Shown here piece by piece: positions 30,600 through 41,647 of a stretch of DNA of 64,000 nucleotides. Position numbers and translations under genes: made by a program. The notes beneath the pieces were generated by a model. That model had not been told where the DNA came from. It ran no database searches and saw nothing but the letters and a program-made list of their open reading frames with translations. This stretch comes from a virus. How positions within the stretch are numbered: the stretch's first letter is position 1; every line of letters begins with the position of its first letter. The stretch is from positions 102,653 through 166,652 of the IMG/VR virus record IMGVR_UViG_3300025030_000004; one strand, given 5' to 3'.

Positions 30600-32300
30600 T
30601 TGTATTGAATTTATTTTTCATATTGAAGTCCTCCTATTTAAATATGGTTATATTACCTTAGACTTTAAGTATACTACAAATAGAAAATCATGTCAACAAA
30701 ATATTAAAATAATTATTTATAGTTTGCTTGGAAAAGTATTTAAAATTTATTCATTCATTTTTAGGTATCGGGTATGGGTATTATTTGAGTCGGTGTGGAG
30801 TTGTTAAGTATGCCCCAGTGGGTGGGAATGGTTAGGGTGGATATTATGTAAGTGTTGTGTAGTAAGGGTTTGATTGATATTGAAATTATTTAATATGATA
30901 TGGTTATTGGTGATATATTTAGTTTGGAATGGTTTGATTATTTTGTTCGTGATTTTTGATAATTATATGTTGTTTGGATTTATTTTATGAGTAGAAATAG
31001 TTATTTTGTTTGATTTTTGTTAGGGATGATACATGCGTGAAACTGTTGATATGAAAGAGTTTAAGAGGATTTTTAGTGGATATGATTTATGGTTTGTTTT
31101 TAATGGAATGTGGTTAAATGTGATGGATCTATATTTATTTTATGGATTTTAATATTTTTATTGTGGTTGTCAGTTGGTTGGAAAGTGTTGTGGGGATTGA
31201 GTTTTGTCGATGAAGGAGCGAAAGGGGATTTTGATATTTGTTTGATAGAGTGAGAAAATATTCATAATTTATTATTGACAAATTATCGGAATCGTGATTT
31301 GAGTTGAGTCTGTGAGTTGATGTACTATGTCGAACACTGTCGAATAATGTCGAATAATATTTGTAAACTATGCCCCGTCTATGTAGTTGACAATAGATGA
31401 TAAATGATATGCATTATCAGTTAGAAAAGAATGGCAGGTATATGATAGAAGCAGAATAGACAGAAAAACCTTGAAACCGTTGATATAAGCGGATTGTAGC
31501 GTTTGGCATAATCTTAATTGAATCTAACAAAATGTGCATTGTGTAAGATTAGAGAAGGATTGCCGGGAATAAGGGGTAGGGAAAGGTACTCAGGAAGGAG
31601 TTTGGAGGCACAGAGGGCTATTTGTGAGTGAGTATGCTGAGCTTGGTGTAAGTGGTCTGTATCGGATCACAGAGGCAGGAGATATCATAATAGTCGAACG
31701 ATTATCCAAAATATGCTTAAATCGTTCGGAGATTTCGAGAGGTATAACATGCGAAATCCGGCTGAACACATATAGTAATGATAACCATATAATATAATCA
31801 CAATAACCATATAATATAGTTATCATAACCACATTATAAAATTATCATAACCATCTAACATGATCACAATGATCACATTAGATGCTACATTGCATACTAC
31901 TGACAACATAATGAAATGATACAAGTTGTCACTACTAAAACCTTATCACACCATAAATAAATCCCACTATCCACCACTTACGTACATTTTCCCTATTCGA
32001 ATTTTTAGAATGGACAAACAATTAGCTATAAAGCTCAAAATAATTATTTAAGTACAAATATAGCACTCAATACCTTAAACGCCTTAAAACCCCCTTTATG
32101 TCCCTCTCACAGCATATTAATTATTTATCACTCATACACTAAAAACTCAGCATACTAACACTTGGCACAAGAATTGCACTACATACTTAATCAATCTTAA
32201 AATAAATATCCAAAAAATATTTTTAAAACCATAAATAAAAAAAGGATATTTTGAATTTATAGCGAATATACTACTTATAAGTAGCACACTTAAAGGAGCA
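30600..32300. other. Noncoding divergence zone with strand-skew inversion (candidate genome terminus/pac junction)
   Basis: G/T-rich up to ~31750, then A/C-rich; transcription diverges on either side. Confidence 0.5.
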
Positions 32301-32307
32301 AAAACTA

Positions 32308-32724
32308 ATGAAAATACTTGCATACCATGGAACACCTTTCACCTTTAAATCTTTTGATCCAGATTATCAAGGATACGCTACACGTGGCGAAGGAACAGAC
32401 CAAGGATTCTTTTTTGCGGAAGAAAAAGACCATGCAGAATACTGGTGCGAACGTAATAGTATGGAAATGAAAGATCAGGGAGAAAAAATATCGCCTAGAA
32501 TAATGCGTTGCGAATTATCTATATCTAATCTTTTTGAAGCTGATATGCAGGATTATAGATATATTAAAGATATTATATCGGAAGGAATCTCAAAAGAAGC
32601 AGATTGCATACAGATTAATAATGCTATAGATGATGAATCAGGAGAAAGGCGAACCATGTACATTATCTTTGATCCTAAAAATATTAAGATAATCAAAAAA
32701 GAAAGATATTTAATAAATTTCTAA
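32308..32724 (+). CDS. ADP-ribosyltransferase-like (ART-PolyVal type) protein
   Basis: 'AYHGT..F..FD', 'GFFFA', 'A..W', 'YIIFDPKNIK'. Confidence 0.7.
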   Translation: MKILAYHGTPFTFKSFDPDYQGYATRGEGTDQGFFFAEEKDHAEYWCERNSMEMKDQGEKISPRIMRCELSISNLFEADMQDYRYIKDIISEGISKEADCIQINNAIDDESGERRTMYIIFDPKNIKIIKKERYLINF

Positions 32725-32748
32725 GAGACTTTAACGAGTCTCTTTTTT
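32723..32748 (+). terminator. Intrinsic terminator
   Basis: AAGAGACT-ttaacg-AGTCTCTT followed by T-run. Confidence 0.75.
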
Positions 32749-32959
32749 GTCCCTCTCAGACCCTCCAGAATGCTCTGTATTGAGTTAGATATAATTATCC
32801 TATATAATCCCTTTAACCTTATATATCCCTCTATCAATTGCCCATTTCATAGGATAAATTTGATATGTAATAGACTAAAAATAATTCTTATTAACATGGT
32901 TTTTTGTATTGTTTCTATGGTATAATAAATCATCAAATATTTTAAAAGGAGTGTTTTTA

Positions 32960-33550
32960 ATGAAAGCAACGAGTATTAAAGAGGCATGGAGTATTGCAGA
33001 TAGCATCATTAGTGGAGATTACATTCAAGATGGCAACAGAAGCCAACGTGCAGGATATGACATTTATGTATCAACAAACGGAAGTCAAGAATATATCTGT
33101 GATTTAGGAAATAGACTCGAAGTCAACAAAGCAGACGGAACAAGCGTTAATATCTGGATTGAAGCAGAAGAAACAAACACAGACATTCTCACTATCCCAG
33201 TAAAGCAAATCTCAGAAAATACCTTTTATATTCCTCTAAGCAATGGCAAACAAATTGACATTATCAAAGATCCTAAACACAACGGAGCAAATTGGGCATG
33301 GAAAATTGATACTCAAATTTTTAGTAAAGACGAATATGCTAAAGGTTATCTTAAAACATTGATAGCAGAAAAATTAACAGGTTTACGAATTATTCGCCAT
33401 AAAGAAAAGCAAGTACCAGACATATGTGGAGTTAATGGAGCATGTTGCAGACATCCTAAAGAGTGTAGTACAATGTTATGTTCTGATTGTCCTATAGCTG
33501 AAAGATTCTTCGCCGAACGCGACAATGTAAATCTTGTCTATATGTTATAA
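32960..33550 (+). CDS. Hypothetical early protein with Cys-rich C-terminus
   Basis: AAGGAG SD, extended -10 TGgTATAAT at 32918. Confidence 0.7.
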   Translation: MKATSIKEAWSIADSIISGDYIQDGNRSQRAGYDIYVSTNGSQEYICDLGNRLEVNKADGTSVNIWIEAEETNTDILTIPVKQISENTFYIPLSNGKQIDIIKDPKHNGANWAWKIDTQIFSKDEYAKGYLKTLIAEKLTGLRIIRHKEKQVPDICGVNGACCRHPKECSTMLCSDCPIAERFFAERDNVNLVYML

Positions 33551-33643
33551 TATTAATGATTAAAGATACTAACTAAAAGCATCTTTTTCTTTTTGTTCCA
33601 AACATTTAAAACCTATAATCTATAGGAATACGGAAGTAATTAA

Positions 33644-33673
33644 TTGACTTTATAATATTTCCTATGCTATAAT
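33644..33673 (+). promoter_or_regulatory. SigA-type promoter
   Basis: TTGACT-18-TATAAT with TG extension. Confidence 0.7.
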
Positions 33674-33707
33674 TCATTAATGGATTATTTAAAGGAGGTT
33701 AATACAT

Positions 33708-34073
33708 ATGAAAACTATTAATACCTTTTCCGAACTAAAGAGCAAAGGAACCAAGACAGGGGAAACTGTTATATACAATAATGAGGAATATATCTTTAAT
33801 GGGTTTTCCGCTTATGGCTGTGATCATACTCTAAGTAATGCACTAAGAAAAATTCCTAAAACTGAGGGAAAAGATTATCTTCTTGATACTAAATATGTTA
33901 ATGATTCTATCGAAGGATATCTTATAATAGACAAGAAAAATAAAAATGGAAATTATCATGTTACGCCATATAATAAAAAAGGGAAAAAGGGTTCTGGATT
34001 CTCTATACTTGCACAAGAAATAGGACATAATGAAATATATGTCGGTGGCAAAACATATAAAAAAGTAAACTAA
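33708..34073 (+). CDS. Hypothetical early protein
   Basis: AAGGAGG SD; terminator AAGACTA-gaaa-TAGTCTT follows. Confidence 0.7.
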   Translation: MKTINTFSELKSKGTKTGETVIYNNEEYIFNGFSAYGCDHTLSNALRKIPKTEGKDYLLDTKYVNDSIEGYLIIDKKNKNGNYHVTPYNKKGKKGSGFSILAQEIGHNEIYVGGKTYKKVN

Positions 34074-34218
34074 GACTAGAAATAGTCTTTTTTCTTTTCT
34101 CCAAACAAGATAAAAACACGCTTTTATTTGTTGGGGTAATAAATAATATAAGGTCAATATATCTAAGGCCAGTAATGGTCTTTTTCTTTTAGGCAATAAA
34201 TAAAGACAAAAATAATAA

Positions 34219-34246
34219 TTGACATTGTATCAAAAACCTATATAAT
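34219..34246 (+). promoter_or_regulatory. SigA-type promoter
   Basis: TTGACA-16-TATAAT. Confidence 0.7.
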
Positions 34247-34278
34247 GTAATTATAAATATTTTTAAGGAGGGAACGCA

Positions 34279-34497
34279 ATGAAAAGTATCTTAGTTTTTG
34301 ATCGGGATACAAACTATGAAGTTGTAATATTGGCAAAGACATTAATCGAAGCCACGAGAAAATATATGGAGGAAAATAAAATCGATGGAAATGTCAAACG
34401 TACTAGTGACAATGGATGGAGATTTAATGCCATCGAAATACAAAAAGGCATATCACTAATAAAAGTAGGGGTAAACAGTTATTATCTATGGATATAA
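34279..34497 (+). CDS. Hypothetical early protein
   Basis: AAGGAGG SD; terminator AGAGCT-gaaa-AGCTCT-TTTT. Confidence 0.7.
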   Translation: MKSILVFDRDTNYEVVILAKTLIEATRKYMEENKIDGNVKRTSDNGWRFNAIEIQKGISLIKVGVNSYYLWI

Positions 34498-34699
34498 AAT
34501 AGAGCTGAAAAGCTCTTTTTTATTTTGTCCTTAAAAATCCTGTAGGGTTAACACTCCAATCAAATTACCCTTTCAAGCTATATAAATACCCTCAGAGACG
34601 GTCAAAAATGCCACTTTAAAGGCTTTATTTTGTTTATGTGTGTATCTCTGTTATGGCAAAATAAAGTATAAAATACCTCGTATAAGCTCAAAATAATTA

Positions 34700-34728
34700 T
34701 TGTACTATATTTTGTTTTGTGCTAAAAT
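34700..34728 (+). promoter_or_regulatory. SigA-type promoter
   Basis: TTGTAC-17-TAAAAT with TG extension. Confidence 0.6.
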
Positions 34729-34763
34729 AAATGAAACGATACATATATAAAGGAGTGTTTTAA

Positions 34764-34970
34764 ATGGCAAAAACAAAAGTTAAAACAATTGTAGGATATA
34801 CCATCCAAATCACTTGCTACACTGGCACTGAGCAAACACTACACACTATCAAGGATCTTAAGGCACACGGCAATATATATGAGACTCAAGAATATTACAC
34901 GGATAAATATCTGGCTAAAGGGTACGATAGAGTAAAACTAAATGTCATACAGGAGTTATACACAAAATAA
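34764..34970 (+). CDS. Hypothetical early protein
   Basis: AAGGAG SD; terminator at 34994-35026. Confidence 0.7.
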   Translation: MAKTKVKTIVGYTIQITCYTGTEQTLHTIKDLKAHGNIYETQEYYTDKYLAKGYDRVKLNVIQELYTK

Positions 34971-35287
34971 AGTAAAAACCACTAAAAACTTCTAAGACTA
35001 GATAAAAATAATATCTAGTCTTTTTTCTTTCCTTATTCTGCCCTAAACTCAATTCCTCATTTTCAATCCTTCAATTACAAAATCACAGCCACAAAAAGGC
35101 CTCTCTAAGCGTTTTAAGCCTTCAGCCGGATATAATTCCATTCCAGACCTAATTTAAATAGCTTATAATCGATTTACATAAAATATACAGCTAATTCAAG
35201 CCAATTCTACTAAATTGTTTACATTTTAACTACAATAAAATAGGACTAAAAACATGCTATAAATGAGTTAAAAATAATAAATAATGC

Positions 35288-35316
35288 TTGACGTATTTAT
35301 TATTTTAGTTTAAAAT
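35288..35316 (+). promoter_or_regulatory. SigA-type promoter of long early operon
   Basis: TTGACG-17-TAAAAT with AT-rich UP region. Confidence 0.7.
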
Positions 35317-35322
35317 AGACTC

Positions 35323-35640
35323 ATAAAGCAAATACAGTCCAGCGTGACACAAGGAGGTGGTCAGACTCGTAAAAGCGAATAATAAATTCCCTCAAAGTTA
35401 ATGCCGGAGGGAAAAGGAAATCCTAGTCAGTTTTCCTTAAAAAATGGATGTTCTTTGATAACTTCATAAGAGACCAGTCACGCGAGTAGGCACTTTATAA
35501 TAAACATTAGAGTACATTTCACAGTGTATCCTCTGAGGATTATAAAGGAATCTGAAAAGCGAGAAAATTCACCGCGCAAGTGCATAGACTGGTAAAACTA
35601 GACTTTTTAGTCTAGCTTAAAGCATAGCAGCATACTTAAT
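35323..35640 (+). ncRNA. Long structured leader RNA
   Basis: ~320-340 nt noncoding after promoter; stems TTCCCTC/GAGGGAA and ACCAGTC/GACTGGT. Confidence 0.45.
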
Positions 35641-35664
35641 TAAAATTTGAGGAGTTGTTTTAAA

Positions 35665-35829
35665 ATGGCAAAATTTAGAGGCATTATAACAGACCAACTC
35701 AAAACATTAGAGACTCGTAAAACTGGTTTTTATGATACATACAAAGAGGCACACGACAAAGCCGAAAAACTTTGCAAGAAAACTATGGGAGACCGTGGAC
35801 AAATTGAAGTTGAGGAAATAACCGAATAA
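35665..35829 (+). CDS. Small early protein enclosed by inverted repeat
   Basis: GAGGAG SD. Confidence 0.65.
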   Translation: MAKFRGIITDQLKTLETRKTGFYDTYKEAHDKAEKLCKKTMGDRGQIEVEEITE

Positions 35830-36152
35830 CATAACAAAACGCTATGCTTTAAGGCAGACTAAAAATGTTTAGTTTAAATACTCTCTTTTGTAGGGTTATT
35901 AATCCCTTAAAAATCCTCATAAAACTTTAAGCATAACAAACTCATATTGTATCTAATATGTTTACATTCTAATTCCGCCGAATCTCTTATTAGGGTTGCC
36001 GAAAAGACAATAAGCGGATGATAGTAAACACTAAATATTAGATATAGAGTCACGTTATAATTAAAGATAATAAAAAGGATTATAACAGGGATTAAAAACA
36101 AACGAGAGTATATCTTTTTTAGTGCTTGCTTAGTAAAAAGGAGATTGATAAC

Positions 36153-36425
36153 ATGACTTATAACAAACTTTTAAATATCAATAAAAGTAAGGCCAGAAAA
36201 GAGGTTATTAAGATTTTTGGCGAAAGTTTTACAGAAAACTCAGCATATCACAAAATTTATGATATGAGTGAAAAAGAGTTTAGACTTGAATTTGTTACTT
36301 TAGATGATTTTATTAAAAATATTATTATTAAAGCTGAGTTCGCAGAAATGCCAGAAGCTGAAATACTCAAAGAGGCTTTTGATCATTTTAACGCGAATGA
36401 AGGATTATTCAATTCATTATTTTAA
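36153..36425 (+). CDS. Hypothetical early protein
   Basis: AAGGGAG SD. Confidence 0.65.
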   Translation: MTYNKLLNINKSKARKEVIKIFGESFTENSAYHKIYDMSEKEFRLEFVTLDDFIKNIIIKAEFAEMPEAEILKEAFDHFNANEGLFNSLF

Positions 36426-36547
36426 AAATAAGCAAGCAAGCATTAACAAAGCTATACTTTCTATAGCTTAACCCAACGAAAAAGACATTTTATATGTCTT
36501 TTCTCTATTGTTTTAATTAGAACGATAGAGAAAGGATATATAAAGGA

Positions 36548-36970
36548 GTGAATAACATGTCATATACTGCAATGCTTAAGAAGTGGGAAAGAGAGTCTAA
36601 AAAGAGATGGGAGCAGGATAGACAAGAAAGAAAAGCACAAAGGGAAAGAGCAGAGGTATTCAAGTTTGAAATATACCTTGCTAGGGAACGTCAAGAGAAG
36701 CAGGAACAAAAGGAAAGGGAAGAAAGACAAAAAAGGGTTATTGAAGCAAAAAATAATATTCTTTTAGCACTTCAGAAAAATAACCCTTTCAACTATTCTC
36801 AGTGGCTTATTATTTGGGATGTTCTAAACTATGATTATGATCAAATTTTAGTATCACTTAACAAAAGCAGAATAACAAAACTTGATATAACGGGAGCATT
36901 CGAGTATATCAAGAATTTTTCTCATGAGATTATATCAGATTATTGGGAAAAAGAATTATTAAGTGTATAA
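36548..36970 (+). CDS. Charged coiled-coil early protein
   Basis: AAGGAG SD; E/R/K/Q-rich N-terminus. Confidence 0.65.
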   Translation: MNNMSYTAMLKKWERESKKRWEQDRQERKAQRERAEVFKFEIYLARERQEKQEQKEREERQKRVIEAKNNILLALQKNNPFNYSQWLIIWDVLNYDYDQILVSLNKSRITKLDITGAFEYIKNFSHEIISDYWEKELLSV

Positions 36971-37108
36971 TAATCCTTAACAAGTTGGTTGTAAGTGTAC
37001 ACCATGATCTTATAACAGGTTATGGTGTATAGTTGGGAATCAATTTAAAAAGAGTTTTGAGAAATGACAAAAGACACTATTCAAGAAAATAAAGGGAGGA
37101 AAATTAAA

Positions 37109-37543
37109 ATGACATTACAAGAAATCAACAACACTTTAAATTCTGGTGTACAATGTTTAGTAGGTAAGAAAATGGAATACGGAGAAATCCACGCAGAAGT
37201 ACATGATGTTATAGAGAGCTTAAATATTGGCCTACAATACTATGCTTGGGACATATCACCTAAAACTAATTATAGTCTGAATATTTTTTCTATAAAACTT
37301 GAAACCCTAGATGACGCAAGGAGCAAGCATAAACGAGTAGGAAAAATTCAGGCCATTAGTTTTACTCTTAATTTTCCTGAATTCGCTGAACTTACTATCT
37401 CAGAATTATTTGAACATCAAGAAAGAAACGAAAAACTACAGAATATTGAGTATATCAAAGAATCTATTGTAAAAAGAGAAAAGGAAATTGAAGAATTAAA
37501 AAGATCATTAATTGAGGCCGAAAACAAATTAAACAACCTTTAA
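37109..37543 (+). CDS. Hypothetical early protein
   Basis: GGGAGG SD; C-terminal coiled coil. Confidence 0.65.
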   Translation: MTLQEINNTLNSGVQCLVGKKMEYGEIHAEVHDVIESLNIGLQYYAWDISPKTNYSLNIFSIKLETLDDARSKHKRVGKIQAISFTLNFPEFAELTISELFEHQERNEKLQNIEYIKESIVKREKEIEELKRSLIEAENKLNNL

Positions 37544-37634
37544 AATCATGTTTTGGTTGGATATTGGATAATAGTCTATAACAGATTTATTATCCAGTTT
37601 CGAGTCAAAATAACTAATCAAAGGAGTTGGAACA

Positions 37635-38006
37635 ATGGACTTAATCAAAAAATCTTTTAAAATCAATAACGTTCTTTTTTCAATAATCGAAAGCAGAGAA
37701 TACAATCTAATTAGTAATCATCCAAAGTATGATAACTATAGTCAACCACAAAAGGAGGTTCTAAAAACTGTATTGATACCGAAAATAAAAAATGTCATAG
37801 CGGAGCTAATAAGCAATAACAGGGACTACGAGTGTATCAAGTTAGAAAGTTTAAAAAGCAAGTATACAAAGACTGAGAAAAGTATAACAATTGACTTTGT
37901 ATATAATGACAAAAGGGAAAATGTCTATATTATTGCTAAAATATTTGATAATTTTAAACATGATTTATGGAATTCATTACTTGAATATAGACTATATGTA
38001 GCATAA
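37635..38006 (+). CDS. Hypothetical early protein
   Basis: AAGGAG SD. Confidence 0.65.
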   Translation: MDLIKKSFKINNVLFSIIESREYNLISNHPKYDNYSQPQKEVLKTVLIPKIKNVIAELISNNRDYECIKLESLKSKYTKTEKSITIDFVYNDKRENVYIIAKIFDNFKHDLWNSLLEYRLYVA

Positions 38007-38207
38007 ACAGTAACACAAACAGTATAAGAAATGGAAAATAATAATTTAGGGAATTACACTTAATTCCCTTTTAAGTCTATAACAATTAGAGTATAATAGT
38101 TCTAAGGGTTGTGGACTTAAAAGGTTGTTTAGGGTATAACAATCAACCTATAACAAAGCATAACAAGAACCTCCAAACATCGAGAGTAAAAAGAGGAGCG
38201 TGTAAAA

Positions 38208-38444
38208 ATGAAAAGCGAAACAATTAGAACAAGATTAGAAAGTCAATATTACATCATTACTACAGATGAACTTATGGAAAGGTTTTATAAAGAGTTCGAT
38301 TCCCTCCAAGATGCTTATAAGTATGGATTAAAATTAATCAAAGATGTCAAAGCGGTCAACATTGAATTAGAAATTAATGTAATTAATACAAGTGATGACT
38401 CTAATTCTAATGTCGTAAGAAATGAAACCATCTATCTTAAATAA
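38208..38444 (+). CDS. Hypothetical early protein
   Basis: GAGGAG SD. Confidence 0.65.
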   Translation: MKSETIRTRLESQYYIITTDELMERFYKEFDSLQDAYKYGLKLIKDVKAVNIELEINVINTSDDSNSNVVRNETIYLK

Positions 38445-38497
38445 CAATCCCATGAATCACGAATTTTATTTGCCGAATATGAAGGGAAGTTTTAAAA

Positions 38498-38746
38498 ATG
38501 AAACAAATGAGCATTAAACAACTTCAAAGTATTTCTTATTCACCTATTAAAGATGATTCTCTATTTGTTGAAGTTTTCAAGGGAAAAGGATTAAGCACAA
38601 ACGACGAATTAAAAACAGGTATGTACAATGAATGGAATGAAAAAAGAATCAAAAGAGCTTTTAATTTTGGCAATGGTACATTAAAAGACTTTCATAATTA
38701 TGTTAGAGATAATACTAAATATGCTGAATTTATTCAATTAGTATAA
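38498..38746 (+). CDS. Hypothetical early protein
   Basis: AAGGGA SD. Confidence 0.6.
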   Translation: MKQMSIKQLQSISYSPIKDDSLFVEVFKGKGLSTNDELKTGMYNEWNEKRIKRAFNFGNGTLKDFHNYVRDNTKYAEFIQLV

Positions 38747-38794
38747 CCCTTCGAAATCCAGTTTTTATACTTATTATGAAAGGATGTTTTAAGA

Positions 38795-38971
38795 ATGGCA
38801 AAAACTAAAGAAGAACTAAAAGAAGAACTTGAAGAAGCCCAGGAGAACGCGAACACACTTAAGGAGGAAATGGAGGATCTAAAAGAACAACTTGACAACG
38901 CAAAAGGAGACTATAGAGAAGCAATGGAGGAAATCAAAGCAATAAAGGCAGAACTAAAAAATTTAAAATAA
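38795..38971 (+). CDS. 58-aa coiled-coil protein (not in ORF track)
   Basis: MAKTKEELKEELEEAQENANTLKEEMEDLKEQL...; AAAGGA SD. Confidence 0.65.
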   Translation: MAKTKEELKEELEEAQENANTLKEEMEDLKEQLDNAKGDYREAMEEIKAIKAELKNLK

Positions 38972-39109
38972 ACCGAATAAAACCCAACATTCATAGGTGT
39001 ATGTTCTCTAAGTCGTTTTAGCTATAACACATATAACACAATGTTAAAACGACTTGAAGAGTGTAAACTTTGACACTCTATAATAAAATCAAGAAAGAGG
39101 TCATGTAAA

Positions 39110-39964
39110 ATGTACAATTCCACATCAACCATTAATCAAGCGTTAACCCTATCTAAACTCAACCAACTTGCTCCTTCAGTTTTTTCCAGTTCTGCCCGTG
39201 ATGGATTATCAACCAAATATAATTTTATTCCCACTGTTCAAGTCGTAAAAGAAATGGAAAAAGAAGGATGGCTCCCAGTTAAGGCAATTGAGTCAAGAAC
39301 ACGGAACGAACAAAATCAAGGTTATCAAAAGCATATGGTCAGATTTAGAAATTTCAATGAACAAGTTGAAAATAAGTTAATGGTAGGAGACACTTTTGTT
39401 GAACTTGTTCTAACTAATAGTCATAATGGTCTTTCCTCATTTGTTTTCAATTGTGGCCTTTTCCGACTAGCTTGCTCAAATGGTATGGTTGTCTCAGAAT
39501 CATCCTTCGATACTGCCCGAATTCGCCATAACAGCTATGAAGCGACACAAGTAATAGACATATGTGGAGAAACAGTGAAAAAAGCTCCTCAAATAACTGG
39601 AGCGGTCGAAACGATGAAAAGTATAGAATTAAGTCCAGTTGAGCAGTTAATATTTGCGAATGCAGCAAAACCTTTACGTTTTGATAAACCAAATGAAATT
39701 GAATCAGAGCGAATTCTCTTACCTCATCGTATGGTAGATAAGGGCAATGACTTATGGAAAACTTTTAACCGCACACAAGAGAACTTAATCAAAGGGAATG
39801 TAAGATATGACAGACGCGACGAGAACGGACGTTACCAAGGCCGAAGTCACACAAGAGAAGTAAAGGCAATTGATAACAATCTCAAATTAAATCAGGCATT
39901 ATGGACGCTTGCCGAAGAAATGGCAAAACTGAAAACTGGTAATAGTACCATGGCAGCACGTTAA
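39110..39964 (+). CDS. DUF932-family protein
   Basis: 'APSVF..LSTKY.FIPT', 'KHMVRFR', 'NSHNG.SS', 'GLFRLACSNGMV', 'DLWKTFN..QEN'. Confidence 0.85.
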   Translation: MYNSTSTINQALTLSKLNQLAPSVFSSSARDGLSTKYNFIPTVQVVKEMEKEGWLPVKAIESRTRNEQNQGYQKHMVRFRNFNEQVENKLMVGDTFVELVLTNSHNGLSSFVFNCGLFRLACSNGMVVSESSFDTARIRHNSYEATQVIDICGETVKKAPQITGAVETMKSIELSPVEQLIFANAAKPLRFDKPNEIESERILLPHRMVDKGNDLWKTFNRTQENLIKGNVRYDRRDENGRYQGRSHTREVKAIDNNLKLNQALWTLAEEMAKLKTGNSTMAAR

Positions 39965-40093
39965 TACATAGCATTAAGTTAATCGAGTATCCTTTAACAG
40001 TACACTATACTAATATAATAAACGTTGGTATAGTGTACAAATTAAAAGGTATTTTATTAATATCTTTATAACAAATTAAGGAGTGAATTACAT

Positions 40094-41362
40094 ATGTCAA
40101 AACATTATGTCAAAAACCTTGAAACTGGCAAAATTGAACTTCATTTTTCAAAATCTGAATATCAAGCCTTATCCGACGAACTAAAAAAAGAATTAAAAAG
40201 ATCATATCTTTTTAGTGGCACGTCAAAAGCTTGGGTATCTCGTTCAATCCATAACCAATGGGGAGCAATTGAGACAGCAAAAAAACTAGGATTCATAGAA
40301 GAAAAAAAAATAGGCGAACGTCTAAGTTATGAAGAACAATTAGAACGCAAACAAGAAAAAGCAGAACACAGAGCAGACAGATATGACCAATATGCTGAAA
40401 ATGCGAATAACAGAGGCAAGGCAATGCAATCTGAATTAGAAAAATATCGGGGAGACATTGCTTTCCACACTCAACCTATTATTTCCGGTCATGCAGGATC
40501 TCAGGCATTCGGAAGACGTAGACAAAAAATCTATGACAGATATCACAAAGGATTCGAGGAATACCGAAAAAGCGAATATTTTCAAGATAGAGCAGAAACA
40601 GCAAGACAAACTGCTAATGCCACACAATTGAAAAATCCAATATACTTGAATAATAGGATTGAAGAGTGCAACAAAAGTATTAGAAAATTAGAAAAGAACT
40701 TAGTATATTATGACGATATTTTATACAAAAAAAATAATAATGAAGAGATTTCTAGTTTCTATCAAGAGAAAACAGCCGAACAGATACAAGGTTATTTGAA
40801 TGACACTATTGACAAAATTGAATGGCAAATGGATAAACTTGCATTTTTGCAAAATTGCATGGATTAAATTAAAATTGCCCTAGAGGAAAGCGGTGAAAAA
40901 ATGTATAACAAAGAGGATATTAAGCAGGGATATTTATTCCGGTGTTATCGTTTTAATTCTTGGGCAAGAGTTATTCGAGTTAATCCTAAGACCATAACAG
41001 CCGTATATATTGAACATCCACTAACTGGACATGATGCCTCTTGTCCGTATGCCGAAATCAAGGAAATAAAAATACCTGAAGATTGGAAAGATGAAAAGGA
41101 AGTAAAAACAGAAAATCCTTTTAAGATTGGTGATATTGTTTGCAAACACAGACCGGCCGATAATAGTATTTACAGAGCTTTCCAAATTGTTAAAACCACA
41201 GAAAAATCTGTAACCATTCAAAGGATTGAAGTAATAGACCATAAACCTGTTAAGGATATTTTTATCGGCGATAAGCAAGAAAGAAAACAAGTTAAAAAAG
41301 ATAGACAGGGAAATTTCGTATTAAATCATGATGATTGGTATCTATACAAATATACAGCATAA
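40094..41362 (+). pseudogene. DUF3560-family protein split by in-frame TAA at 40865
   Basis: 'KAEHRADRY..AE', 'QPIISGH', 'YLNNRI'; ORFs 40094-40867 and 40901-41362 are in one frame with an open linker. Confidence 0.7.
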
Positions 41363-41647
41363 GGGACTATAACAAAGTCCCTTCCCTAATACAGCCTACT
41401 TACAACATATCATTTTCAATTATGGACAGTTGACGAAAAAAGAAATACTATTGAATGTATTGATACTAGACACACAAGAAAAGAGATGATAAAAGACATA
41501 GAAAATGGTATTATAAAGATGCCTGAAATTGTAATTAATAATACTGATTAATTTTAGGTTGAAATCTGAAGCATAGAATATCTATAACAATAACCCTTCT
41601 ATGTTTCGACTTGAGTCTAAAAATTAATTAAGAAAGAGGGTATAAAA

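Noticed and set aside
30583-32335. ORFs 30583-30807, 31590-31832 and 32147-32335
   Set aside because: Lie in the low-complexity skew zone with no convincing SD
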